A stretch of 63,363 nucleotides of DNA, filler included, from Hyphochytrium catenoides (taxonomy: Eukaryota; Protista; Hyphochytriomycota): NCBI GenBank assembly GCA_900088475.1. It is 8 parts of 8 records of this genome, joined end to end, with 100 filler letters (N's around TTAATTAATTAA, not from the genome) between each part and the next. Parts side by side here need not be neighbours in the genome. Positions count along the whole stretch, not along the records: positions 13,514 to 34,589 come from FLMG01003817.1; 7 more parts are not named here. The stretch is one strand, 5' to 3'. This document shows positions 13,414 through 26,185 of this stretch, in pieces (position 1 is the first letter of the stretch; each line of letters opens with the position of its first letter). The notes below the pieces were generated by a model. It made no database searches and was not told the origin of the DNA. It was given only the letters and a program-made list of their open reading frames with translations. The position numbers and the translations under genes are program-made.

Positions 13414-13513
13414 NNNNNNNNNNNNNNNNNNNNNNNNNNNNNNNNNNNNNNNNNNNNTTAATTAATTAANNNNNNNNNNNNNNNNNNNNNNNNNNNNNNN
13501 NNNNNNNNNNNNN
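13414..13513. other. Artificial contig spacer (44N-TTAATTAATTAA-44N)
   Basis: Exactly 100 nt; core has stops in all six frames; identical spacer occurs 7 times. Confidence 0.97.
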
Positions 13514-13969
13514 ATAAAAAAATCCATAAAAGAGAACCATCTTTTTGTCCTTCATAGAATTCTTTTATGGGTTTTTGGTCATAGTGTAGTTCCTATCTTC
13601 CAACCCTATGAAACCAGAAGATAGAGATGTCTCACGGTCATCATGACCATCTCTATTCTCATTGTACTTGTAGAGCTCCACAATGCCGCAGCCTCGAGTT
13701 GCCTTTCATTAGATAAGGAAGTCCCTGGGTGAGTGCTGTATGAGAGAAGCAGAGAGCTATGTGCTTTGTTATTACTTTATTATCTAAGAGAAGGTCAAAG
13801 CTCGGCGTGGTGTCTGCGGCGTCGTCGTGAATGTCTCTTCTCCCTGTATCAAGGTGCGAGGTCCCAGTTGTTGTTCAAGTGAAGTAAGGTCTTCAATCAT
13901 ACTTCATTATAAATAGAGCCCGTCATAAGAACAGGGCCATAAATGGCAATTGTTCCCAGCCCAGCTTGG

Positions 13970-15686
13970 TCAGGAATTATTCTCTGCACTCTTCACCAGA
14001 CTGTCCACAATTGCATTGAATGGGCCTACACCTCTGCTGTGAGGGTACTTCTCAACGAAAGGCTCGCCTTCCTCGCAGGCCTTCAATAGATAAGGATCCA
14101 AAGGAAGCCGACCCAAAAATGGTACCCCGTACGTCTTCGCCATTCCCTGAGGCCCGCTGCCGAAGGCGGGGAAGACCTCAGTAGATACTGAGTAATCCAA
14201 TAGATGAGGCGCATGTGCCTTGAGAACCTCTTTCACCTTGGGAGCAGATTGACAGAGAAAGATGAGAAGATTCACAAGATGACATGGACAAACGAACATG
14301 ACGTAGAGGAAACCAAAACCCCGCGATTAGGGTGCCAGGCGGGACTGTGCGGGAGTTGTTGCCCTTCCAGCCCTTACCACTCAAAGATAGTGAAGATGTA
14401 GGTCGAGAAATTAGCCATTGAGGAATAATCAGTCTTACCTCTTCGGTTGCCTCTTGGCCATCTGGTCTGAGAAAAGACAAGCTGCTGACGGGTGCTTGAT
14501 ACCCGCTCATATTCTCAACTATTCCAAGCACGGGAATCTTGGTCTTTTTGCAGAAGTTGATCTCCTTCCGCACATCCATCATGGCCACCTCCTGCGGAGT
14601 GGTTACAATGACCGCGCCGTCTACGCCAGCCTGTTTTAGGTACTGAAAGGGAAGCATGTCAAACACATAGTCGAATACTGGCCATCCGACACCACCTTCC
14701 TTCTTGTCATCCCAACTTCAGTGACTAGGACCATTCTTCTAAGGTGATGTCCGATCACTGGACCCGAGTCTCTCGTAACGCTCTTCGTGAGGACTATCTC
14801 CATTCCTAGGCTAAGCTAATCTCCGTCGTATGACGCACTTCAACTCACCTGCACAATAGAGATATGCTCATCCGAAGTGCCTGGAGGGGTGTCAATGATA
14901 AGATAGTCTAGGTCCTCCCAGAGGACATCCGTTAGAAATTGTTTGATCAGGCCATTCTTCCTGGGGCCCCGCCAAATTATGGCATCATCCTCTTTTGGAA
15001 GCATAAAGCCAATTGACATCACCTGTACCAAAGGGTAAGTAGCTGACATGAAGCTTGGTACAGCGCAGAAGTGCTTACCGCGAGGTTATCTTCAACATAG
15101 ACGGGTGACCATCCCGCAGCACTCTGATGAACTTCATGGCCGACTAAGCCCAACATACGCGGCACACTCGGACCGCATATGTCAACGTCGAGGATGCCAA
15201 CCTACCCATGGGTCAAATGGGTATGAATATCAGCTACCGCATGGGTAGAGTATGACTCTCACGACCCAATTAGCGCCATACCTGTTTGCCCCTGGCTGCC
15301 AAGGTCCATGCCAATTGACAGGCAAAGCTACTCTTTCCAACGCCTCCTTTGCCTGAAAGCACCAAGATCTTATGTTTCACTGACTTCAGGTGCATCTGGA
15401 CTTCTGCTACAGCTAATGTGGGTCCAAAGAGATGATGTTATTGTCAATGTTGGACATAGGGAACTGACATCCTGTACCTGGATCAGGCTTCTTAGCCTCC
15501 CCTGAAGCGCATATTTTTTGGTTAGGACAACCAGCACAGCCAGCAGCTTTGCCTGCATCGTCTGACTGCACGCCCACACAACCTGCCATTGGATGGTTCG
15601 TAAGTGAGTTATACAATCATGACAAGAGTCCAGAAGCCAAGATTACCCTGGTTGGCGTTTTCTGGAACCATTGTTGAATCTGCCAT
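13970..15686 (-). CDS. NBP35: Cytosolic Fe-S cluster assembly factor NBP35/NUBP1 (Mrp/NBP35 P-loop ATPase)
   Basis: N-terminal Cys motif [24 protein letters not shown], deviant Walker [71 protein letters not shown] and [11 protein letters not shown]. Confidence 0.93.
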
Positions 15687-16464
15687 TGCTATACGGTCTA
15701 AGACAGGTCACGTTAAGTGCAATCTGGTGCTTTCCGTATCTGTGTTTATTGCTGAATGAGGACCTTAGACAGACAAATGAAAGCAGAGAAGCTTTCTTGG
15801 GCCACAAAGACACTGCTGTCTATCAGATGGGAGATGGAACAAGAGGCGATGCGATGGCAGAGGAAGATCATCGAAGTGCGGAAAGATGAAGGAGCGTGTG
15901 CGGGCCGGAGCGGGTGCCTGCTTCTCTTTCCCATAACATTCTGACCTGATGCTTACACAATTGACGCTTTCAAACTGTCACTTTCCTTCAACCTCACAGT
16001 TTTGTTGTTTTGACCTTCTGAAGAAACAAATGCAAAGTGACAACGGAACAGTTTCAGACCGCCAAATATGCAGCTTCAGAGTACGGCTAACGGCCGGCCT
16101 CGGTGACAACATAGTAACGGTTACCCGCTAGCTCACCATTGAAAGGAAACTTTGTCCTCCACCGTTCCCCGGCTGGATTCTCCAACTTCAACATCCCATC
16201 ACCGCGGCCTTTGCCCTTCCTGCTCCCGGCTTAGCTTGCGCCTGGGACGGTAGCGGCACTCCGCTAGGCAACACAGGCAGGAGATGAGGCATGAGAGGGC
16301 TGAAAGTGCACTAAGAGGGCTTGAGAGCGATGTGGCAGGATCGTGCGAAGAGAAGCGGTTCCATTTCTTCTTCTCTGCAGATCTCAGTGTCTGCATAGAC
16401 AACCCAGCAGGGTTATAAGGGCCACACCAGCTAAGGAAAGAAGGTCATTGTTGAGAGAAGGACC

Positions 16465-19342
16465 ATGCTACGCCACCTATTCTGCAGAATACTTCGCTAC
16501 CCGGACCCTGCAGAGGCAAAGCTCCTGGGCCTTCTCGTGGCGACAGTCATCTTTTATGGCTTCGTTGTATTACTATCGAGTATGCACACTCCGCCCAAGC
16601 CAACAAGCGGAAACCCCTCAATGTCCTTCAATGTAGTTCAGGTAGCGTCCATGCTCCTCTTGTTGCTCTGTCAGTTGCATCTCGGCTTGGACGATGTTGC
16701 TACTATAGTCAGCTATGTTCTTCAGTTCTTACCACCTAGCGCCCTAGAATCCCCCGAACTTGTGGGTGAGCTTTAGCTTGTCAATTAAGACCCTTTTGCT
16801 CTCCCCCTTCAGTATAACATCTTCGGACGGCCGTACTTGGTGGACTATGATGGCCAAGAGGAGCGGTTTGCCCGAGTTCCGGTAGGGATCAAGCTGTTGG
16901 AAACATACGCCAACGAAATCGACGTCGTCACTTTCACAGAGGCCACGCTGGACAGAGAGAGAACGACAATGCTTGAACATTTCAAGTTGTTTGGCTTTAA
17001 CTACTCGACTTCCATTCTGGCAGCGGACAGGCCCGCTTCCAGGTGCGGCGATCTAGCCTGTGTTTAGCGTGCCTCCACTGCCCGATTCTTTCCTCCATTG
17101 CCCATCTTATCAAGCTAATTGCTCTGCGTGGAAGTCATTTTGCCTTGCGGTATGCCATTGTGTAACATCGAGGTGCCCTACGTGGGAATCTGTCACTGTT
17201 CTCTCTGTTCACTAAACGAGTTTGCTAATGCGCTGTAGTCTGGCAAATGGTGGCGTACTCATTGTTTCGAAGTGGCCTATCCAAAGAGAGGCGCAGCACG
17301 TCTACAGGTGAGCCCCACGTCCATACCCGAAGCTGCTCACGTTTACCCAGGTGTCAACCCGTCCGGCTGGTCTATTTCTTCGTCCTTGGTACAGCGGGAG
17401 CGGGAGTTGTGTCTACGCTGACTGTCTAGCAGCCAAAGGTGTCAAGTATGCACGTATCGTGAAGACAGAGAACGGCCTTTCGAAGGTGTTCAATGTCTTT
17501 GCCTCACACTTACAAGCCTGGTCAACTCCAGAGGCAAAGCGGGTTCGATATGCTCAAATGGCCCAGGTGAGTACAAGAAGAGGAGCAGAAGAGGAGGATG
17601 TAGTTGTTACGATCAAAGGGTAAGTATTTGGAAAGGCAGAACGGTGCAAGGGTTTGGCCAGAGTATAGTGTTCATTGGTCTAGCTCTTCCATTAGCCAAC
17701 TATCACGACCGTCGAGTTATTGCGGAAACCGAGAACTAGAGTTGACAGCCATGTGGTCACACAGATTAAGAATCGTTGCCTCAAAGCGGACAGTAACGCT
17801 AACGAAGCAGATGGTGGAGGCATAGGGTTCGCTGACGAATTGTCTCTTTTACCTCTGCACAGGCACGGGCTTTCATCGAAGCTTTGAACATTCCCAGAAC
17901 CGAGGTATGTGTCCTTGCCTACTTCCCGCAGCATTGTGGTTGCGATCCCCTTATCTACTGAAAACAAAGTTGACTGTCACTCATCGTCCGTCACCCCATC
18001 CTCTTAACACCACTCTTGTATCCTTGCAGCCAGTTATTTTTGCAGGGGACTTCAACACTGACTTGATATCCTTCCCGGAGGAGGTGGCGCACCTCCTGCT
18101 GGTTCTCAATGCGTCCATGCCGCAGCTTATGGGGGACCAGAAGTACACTAGCGAGTATGGATACTTCTGGCTATGACTTTTATATCAGACACTGACATGC
18201 CATCTCCCACTTGTCCATCGTGTGCTTTAGCCCTCATACGAATGTGCTCGTAGGACGAGACGGAGCGGCAGGATCTGATCGATGTGCCACCGAGTATGTG
18301 AAAAGTTGGGGCCCATCACTGGTATGGCTACCACTCTTTATCTGCATCATCGTTTCTGATTTACACAGCCGTACGTTATGCTAGGGGAGTCCCCGACCAA
18401 AGTCTAACTCTGCTGCCAAGGCTCAACCAGCCCTTCGCAAACAATCGTCCCTCTCTCGACACACGCTATCTTCTCTGTCTTACATGCTGGCTGTCACGGC
18501 TCTTTCCCTGCGTGTCGCTTACCGAAACTTGTGTCCACGTGAACACGAAGAATCACACTTACCATCCAAGCCGAAGCACTGAAGTGCAATGCCATCGTCT
18601 ACTTGAGGCTAAGGAACGAGAGAATTCTACCTGCGGCAGCGGGTCCGGCTCCTCTTGCACAGTCATTGACGTCGAGGAGGATTTGGGCGGCGTCAAAGGC
18701 TCCTCGGTATTCATCCCCTGGTTGCTGCCGCAAGAAAGCCTCTGCTACTGTCCATGTTGCCCCTATGAGTGGCTAGATTACGTCCTCTGGGCCAGAGGTA
18801 GGCACAAGTTCTCCTCCGTTTACTCCTCGGGACTGGGTAGAGCTTGTTCCTCAATCGCTGCACAGTTTTAAAAGTGAGGACAAACTCGGCAACCCTTCAG
18901 CGTTTGTCATTTTGGCCGTTGTCGGAATGGCCTGTGGCTACGTTGCTTTCAGGGCCAGCTTTGGCTTCCGGCTATTAACACGTTGCTAACTCTTATACTG
19001 CTGGTAACAGAACCTTTTCAGCAGCCTTTAGTGCCACCGACGTTAGAAGCGCGGCCTGTTAAAATGGAGCCATTTGTAGCAATGTGGGGCAAGCCTATAC
19101 TTGAGAAGGTCGTGCAGGAGAAGATGGTCCTCCTTGACCTCAGTGACCACTACCCCGTAGTGGTATGGACGTCTCTCTTCTTCTTTCGTTGGGACAATTC
19201 CCTGCGGCATTCAGTCTAACGACTGCCGCTTCCCTGGGCTTATCTCATATGTTGGGCTTATGTCCCTTAATTCCTTAACTGAATGCCCTTCAAGCTGTTG
19301 TCACAGGTGTGTCGTTTCCTTTACCAATCTGCTTCATTCTGA
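16465..19342 (+). CDS. Endonuclease/exonuclease/phosphatase-superfamily enzyme, sphingomyelinase C-like, with N-terminal membrane anchor; multi-exon
   Basis: TM helix LLGLLVATVIFYGFVVLL, then EEP motifs in order: SFNVVQ|YNIFGRP, DVVTFTEA, NGGVLIVSKWPI, DCLAAKGVKYARI, NVFASHLQA, PVIFAGDFN, EWLDYVL, LSDHYPV. The last exon is approximate. Confidence 0.8.
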
Positions 19343-20060
19343 CACGGCTACGGCGTCACAGGCATAATCTTCTCGCTAACCTACTTACTCGCATATCATA
19401 CTCCGTTTGCTATATGACTGTAGGGAAAGTTTCGTTTCGCGGTAGATCCCTCGCAGCCAGTCTTACATCTGGACGGATGTTCTTCGACGTCCGACTGTCA
19501 TCTGCGTTGGTTCCGCTGCTACTGCACTGGACCTGGCTGCTTTTTGAACAACACCGTTGTAGACGGGACGAAGCTGGACTCCAATCATCCGGTCAATAAG
19601 AATTGTCTCTTTAGTACAGACCAATGCATTTGCGGGCCTACATGAGGGATGCTTCTCACCTTTGAGATAGAGGGGTGATGACATGAGAGCAGGCTTGCAG
19701 GTAGCAACCATGAATCCATGAATGTAGAGAGAGTCTCAATAGGAAGAGAACTGGGTGACGGTCAGTCCACAGGTAAGGGAAGGGGCAGAAGATGTACAAA
19801 GAAAGACATAGAGCACTTATAAAGGAAGGAGAGGATGGATGCAATGGAAGACGCAACGACACTGGCTTGTCCGTCTCCTGCATCGAGGGTGATTCAATAA
19901 ATTAGAGCAGTTATTTTTAAATACGACTTCAAGAGACTGCTTGGCACAGCTAGCTCTCTCTGGTATGTCAAAGGTTCGCTCAGCGACTAGCGGACATTAC
20001 TGACCGCCCTAAGAAATGGAGCAAGTAGCTGCTGCCGTCACTCACTCCGCTGTCATGCAG

Positions 20061-23000
20061 TCAACAGCGGTCATGGAGCTCAAGCTGTTTCCTCTGGTGT
20101 CCCCTGGTTTGCGTGAACCTCGAGTCTTGGCTTCTCCCATTCTTTATCGTACCGTCATCTGCAACCTGAGGCCCACATGCTTTCCTCTCATGAACTGGTG
20201 GAATCCCAGAACAGACACATTTCTCTGACCAACAATGACATATGCGCTAGACGGGCCCTAAGGTGGCTTCCTCAGCATCAAAGGTCGGCAGTGGCACACT
20301 TAGGTCCTCCTCTGTAAGGGCACATAGTCCTTCGGCATGGGAATGGGTCCACAGCGCTGAGTCCTCTTTGTTATCGGCAGTCGAGCCAATTCTTTCACTT
20401 GACGAAGTACTTTGCACAGCCACCCGTGATTGTTCATTGCTTGTCTCCTCAGAAATATGCGACTTTGACGCTTCCACAGAAACGGGAAAATTAGAAGAGG
20501 AGAGAGTATGCACACCCGTAGGAGGTGAGTCCGCTTGGGGTGAAGCACTGAAAGTAGGGAGAATGTTGCCTCCAACACCGTTTCCTGACCCCGAAGCTAA
20601 AGCCTTGCTGTTCTCAGCGATCAGGACAGACACATACTGACGAGTTACTGTGGCCACCTGGTGAGTTATGGTGCTTACGTATCCCTGAAGCATCTCAGTC
20701 GCCCCCTGTTGGTTTCGCATGCTCTTTGCGATCAAACCCTTCAGACCCGCCACCTGTGAAGGGTAGACACTTAGTACATAAGGGACCGGAGCTGATGAAG
20801 GCAAACACCGCGGCAAGCATTGATCATGGATCCGAGGGAGATAAGCGACGTATACAAACAATGCAATAGACATACTAACACAAAAGGAGAAGGGAACAGT
20901 GTCCTACCCCTTTACACCAGCCAAGACCAAAGGAATCGATATCTACTCAAGCAGTGGTGAATGCTAAGAAAAGCACGATGAAGTTTCCATAAGCACCTTG
21001 TCTCTCAGCTCCCTCACTTCCTCCCGAATAGATGCCGTGCCGTGGTCGTTGATGGCCAATCTCTCGTCTACATGCTTCTGAAGAGACTGCACTTGCTTGG
21101 TCTTGAGTTATATCGAGTAAGATGCGGCACAGTCGTTGGGAGGGTAAGACCATGAGATGCAAGGCGAATACGAAGAGGTAGACAGTTCAGAATAAAGAAG
21201 CGGAACCGACAGCACTCCTCAATTCCTAGTAACTTTGATCGCAATTCAAAAAGGCCCTTCTGGAATGTCAGACTACATGGAAGCGGAAAGTAGAGAGGCA
21301 GAGAGCGCGATGGGGATACCAGGAGCTGGTGACGGTGCACCCAGGTCTGCACCCCTTTGCTGAGATCTTTTTCCTGCGTTGGCTCCACCACTTTCGTTGA
21401 GAGTGTGGGATCGCTGCTCTCCGAGAGCGACCTTCTCTGTGGTTCGTCGACGAAATAGTAGACATAAGAAGCTTAAAACCAGAAGAAGACGAATGTAGAA
21501 CTCAAGTTCAGGGGAGAGACTACGATAACGGGGGAACCTCCGAACCAAGTCCATTAGAAGACGAAGATGAAGACGGGGAGCGAGCGGCCCTCACCTTTTG
21601 CCTTTTCCCATTAGTCTCTCCCTTCAGCTTCTCCACAACATGATCCAGCTGCTGCAGTCTCTCTTCCACCGCATCCACGCGCTCAAGACATCGAGCCACC
21701 ACTCTTGGACCATTGCTATCGGTACAAGCTAGACCGTCATTAATTTTCTCAAGGCTAGCATGTCTTTCCTTTGTGTCAAGGTGTTCGTCTTCGCCCTCCT
21801 CACCACTGCTGCCTGTTGGGGAGTCCAAAGTGGAGCTGCTTCCAGTAGATTCCGCTACCTTTAGTCTTCTCCTACCACAGATTTGGCAGCACAACTTCTG
21901 CATCTCCAGCTCTTGTCTGTCTAATCGTTGCCCTATGTCTTCCACCTTTGACGCCAGGCGGTAGAGGATTTCCTGCGCTTTATCGTCGCCATCCTTCTTC
22001 TCTTGAAGGTCCTCTTCACTTAATCTATGCTTCTCGTTGTCCTTCTTTGACATCACTTGGCGGAGCAGAGTCTCATACTTCTCTTCCATTGTCTTCACTT
22101 TTAGATCCCACCGCGCCTCGATGTCCTTACAACCTGGAAGGAGACGTGATTAGCTTTGCTTGGAGACAAGCAAGGCAGAAGGGCTCTGGAGTTCCTTCTG
22201 ACGGTGATTATGTGAGTCTCCGTTGTCCTAACACTACTTCCACAGAGTAAGAAGTGATCTCTAATTCCCTCGTCACACTCATTGATTATTTTGCTGTTAC
22301 CTGGCCCAAGCACATTCGTCAATTGTGCCATGCTGCTCTGTACGGAGCTCTGCCTCCCTTCCACGGTTGCTAGGCGATCGAGGAGACTGCGAGACTTGAC
22401 ACTTTCGGCCGGTTTTGTTGTTCCCACTGTCGCAGACAGTGCCTGTACACGAGCCTGCCGTTGAGTATAGAGGAAATTAGTATCAGTGAAGCCCGGGTTA
22501 GGATGGAGTGATTGACGTGTCAAGGAGAACATCCTGAGCCAGGCGAGCTATCGCAGAGAGGACACGGGCTCATTGCAAAATCGAGGGAGACATGGCTCCA
22601 GGGAAGCAGGAGCAAAGAACCAAGGCATAGAAGCAAGCTCCAGGAACAGGGCCTTATTCAAAGAAGGATGGAGATGAGGAGGTGTATACAGAGAACTTGA
22701 AAGACATACGAAGACAACGAAGGGACCTTTAGCTCTTCGACCAGGGCCCTAACGTCTTTGTCCTCCTCTGCGCCTTCTCCAGTAACTAATGGAGGAGTAG
22801 GCATCTTACTCCTTACACTTCGTGCCAAGGCCTCTGCAAAGTCACTCAACTTCTGATGCAGCTGATAGTCATCGTCTTCTAACCCTGCAGACCCATTTGC
22901 AACGTAGAGCACTTGGTCGTCTCTCCCTCCCCGTATTCCTCCTCTGGCAGGCTCAGGAGACTGTGGCTCTAGCTCCCCTTGCCGTCCAAAATGCCCAAAC

Positions 23001-23837
23001 CAATCCTTGCTGCCAGTACTGGTGATGACATCGTGGATGGTGTCTCTCGTAGTACTACTGGGGTGATAAGACTGGACACTGCTCATCAAGTCATCCACAC
23101 CATTGCCAATGTTAGGCCTTGAGGAGGTTTGAAGGTCAGCCGATGACGGTGAGACAGACCCGGGACCAAACCTTGACCAGATGTCGCTGGCATAGATGAA
23201 GTCATGATTGTCTGCTGATCCTCTGCCAATGACGGAGCGGAACGCCGCTGGCCTAGTGCTGTAACCTCCATGGAACGTGCCCCTGGCGCGCTGAGCAGTC
23301 TTCGGCTTTTTGCCACCCTAGAGGGCCCGATCGGTCAATAGTGGAAACATCAGTTGAGAGCTTGTAGAATAAGGGTCGGCTAGGAAGAAAGAGGTACGAC
23401 AAAGAAGATCTGAGCCTAGAAAGTAGCTATGAGACAACGTGACGTGAGGAAGCAGACACTGTGGAGGGACTGGCGCCAACTCGCCAGCCCTGGAGCAGAG
23501 ATGTAATGACTCATCGTGCATCAATGGCTTCTTACCATACTCTCGAATGGGGCTAGCCCAATTCCTTGTGAAAAGTACGAATAATTGGTGTCAGGAGCGT
23601 GACAGGGGATTGAAAGCAATAATCACGGCGACGACAACTTAGAAAAGAATCCGCTAGGGAAACAGCTCCCAGAGGGAAGCTCAGAAGCCAGAAGTGCGAG
23701 GTTGTTCCTTGGCGTGGCTTATCATCAATCTCCGCAAAGGCCCCCCCGCTTGAGGCAGACAACACGGCTAGGACTGCAGGTGACAGAGGCTTACGTCCGG
23801 GGTTATCGCTGTGTGCGTGACGAGAGATCTCTAGCAA
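20061..23837 (-). CDS. Hypothetical multi-exon low-complexity / coiled-coil protein (ends approximate)
   Basis: Successive minus-strand open segments bounded by GT/AG signals (~23317-22727, ~22460-22300, ~22100-21590, ~20755-20260) with heptad-like stretches such as LASKVEDIGQRLDRQELEMQKL and LERVDAVEERLQQLDHVVEKLK. No family motif recognised. Confidence 0.55.
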
Positions 23838-25039
23838 TAGCGATGTGCCGATGAAAGCAGTGTCATGGCGTGAAGCGCGGGCACTATAATGACTGACTTC
23901 CTGTGTCTGATGCTCGCGCCAATCGAAAGACAGGAAAGAATGGGGCTTTTCTTCTGTCTGTTCCTTGAGCCGCCTGGTCTCTTAGTGAATGCCTGTTCCC
24001 TTGCACTCTGTCTCGCTCGGTCTCCTTGCTCTTTTCGCACCTTATCTCTTCTTATACTATACTTCCCCCTGTTTCAGTCACTTTCTGAGTCTGTCTCGCA
24101 GCGACTCTGTCTCACATTGTCCTTTCCTCCGCCTGAGTTTGTACTGTACAACAAAGCCAAAAAAGGAGTTCGGGGTTGCCTTTTCTCTACAAACCGCACC
24201 ACACTCAGAAAGTTAGGAGACCCAGGAGTCATTATTCGGGATCTAATAGGTGTAGATAATGTTGATTCGGTATCTAGCGCTATTGATCTGGAACGAGGAG
24301 GTAAGAATGCGCCATTGATTCGAAAGGTCAGAATCAGGGCACAGGGAGCTTGGTCGGTCAGTCCGTCAGGTTGGCAGTTTAGCTGGCCTGACACTTGTCC
24401 TCAGTCAGTCGGTTGAGGCTGAAGGAAGACATGAGACCAGCACCCAGCCGCTCGTATGGTCCTCAGCAGGATCGCAAGGACTTTGACCGTGTTGCAGTCT
24501 CTTGAACCAGGTCCTTTCAATCAGCAGAGCCGCCAACCATATCTTCGGACACGCTTTAGGCCGAGAGGGCAGACGCAGGAACACCATGACGTAGATAAGC
24601 TGTCCACAGCACTCGATGCCCGATCGGGCGAGAACTTGAACCGAGCTTTTTGTGCCGAACAACGAGAGAAGCTGATTACAGGAAAAGCGTACCTCAGGTG
24701 CAACGACACTAAGAGGCGATGAATAGAAGCAAAGAAACGTGATGAGACTCTGAGGCTCCTAGTTGTTGTGGAGATCGGGAGGCATAAAGGGCCTGGAAAG
24801 CCAGACCATACTGCTCAACTTTTGAATCTACGGTCTCTGAAAGCGGCATAATGAGGAAAAACACTAGCTCTTAGACTGGACATCCATTATTAGCGTTTAT
24901 TGCTTAAGCTTAGCTGCATAGGAGCCTTGCTTAAAGTATGAACAGCTTTAGCAAGGTAGGTAGGTATAACTAGGTAGAGGTGCAGCACGTACGGCAAGAG
25001 AGAGAAAGAGGAGGGGAAGGGCGGCAAAGCGTCCAGCGC

Positions 25040-26185
25040 CTAGAAGCACGGCTCGGGGAGGGGACTATCTGGATCAATGGGCGGATGCGACACGGTACCG
25101 ACAGGAAAGTAAAGTATGTGCTCGTTGTAGAAGTCCACCCAAGTTTCAACCTCCTGCAGGAATTTAGTGAGATCACAGCGCTTTGGTCTCTCTTCTCTCT
25201 ACTGTCTCGCACCTCAGTGCTTACGTTAGTCGCAACTCATGCCCCCAGCCAGTCCGGCCCCTACTAATTGTGATCCCTCAGAGGCTACTTCTTTGAGCGG
25301 GATCCCTCGGTAACGTTCTCATCCATTCATTCTACTTACCGCAATCTGAGCTTCTGACAGTCCTCGCACGTCGTGGGTGAGGTGGGTGTCAAAGCAGCCA
25401 GTCACGAAGGCCCGAGCCGTATCCTTTCCTGAGAAGAAGGAGTATCCTCCCTTCAAATACTATTCCGAGCAACAGCGATGCAATTAACATAAAGCTCAAA
25501 GTTCAGAGGAAGGAGAGTCGTGCGCGATACCTTGGCATAATGCCTTGGCCCTGCTGTGACATCAAACACAATGCTCTTGATGCCCAGCAGTATCCTTTTG
25601 TCTGGATCCGATCCGTCATACTCAGCTAGTTCTTCAGGGGTAAAGACCCGTTGCGGAAGCTGTCCATGCGGTCGGGACCATAAGGGCGAAAGGGACGGAT
25701 GAAGAAGGAAGAAGGCCGGCGGAGGGCAATCAGTCGCTTTCGTAAGGGACCACCGAAGTCTTAGCGTTCAACGTTTTACGAAAATAGACCATTTAACCGG
25801 CGAGAGATTGGATCAGATCACTCAACCTACGCCAGCCGGCCACTAGCAGTGCGCAACACTTCTCGAGAGTATCAACCCGTCCCCCGCAGAACAGAGGAGC
25901 ATCGTGTACCTGAGAAAGAACAACTTTTCTAGCTCTCCAGTACTCGCGCTCTAGCAAGGACATCTGCAGCTCCGGATCCTGACGGCTGTGTAAATAATAA
26001 GCGCCAGAAGTAAGTCCCAGAACCACCAAAAGCGGCAACAATTTCCAAAGCCAGCCCTTCGAGTTAGCTGGCTGGGTCGCGGTCCGCTTCCCTTTAGATT
26101 CATCTTCAGAGCTTGTTCCTTGCAAGGTTGCTGTCCTATCCTCTCTTTCCGTGGAACCCTTGCCTGAAGGCAGTCTGCGCTTCAT
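25040..26185 (-). CDS. Membrane-associated progesterone receptor (MAPR)-family cytochrome b5-like heme/steroid-binding protein, 4 exons
   Basis: TM helix WLWKLLPLLVVLGLTSGAYYL, then spliced RVFTPEELAEYDGSDPDKRILLGIKSIVFDVTAGPRHYAK|GGYSFFSGKDTARAFVTGCFDTHLTHDVRGLSEAQI|EVETWVDFYNEH...PLPEPCF*, a typical MAPR domain. Confidence 0.88.

Noticed and set aside
13458-13469. TTAATTAATTAA as a biological palindrome, PacI site or piggyBac TTAA target
   Set aside because: Always centred in exactly 44+44 Ns; it is an assembly linker.
961-26185. Sterol-metabolism cluster (ERG28 plus MAPR, plus sphingomyelinase)
   Set aside because: ERG28 is on a different contig from the other two, and the intervening genes are unrelated.
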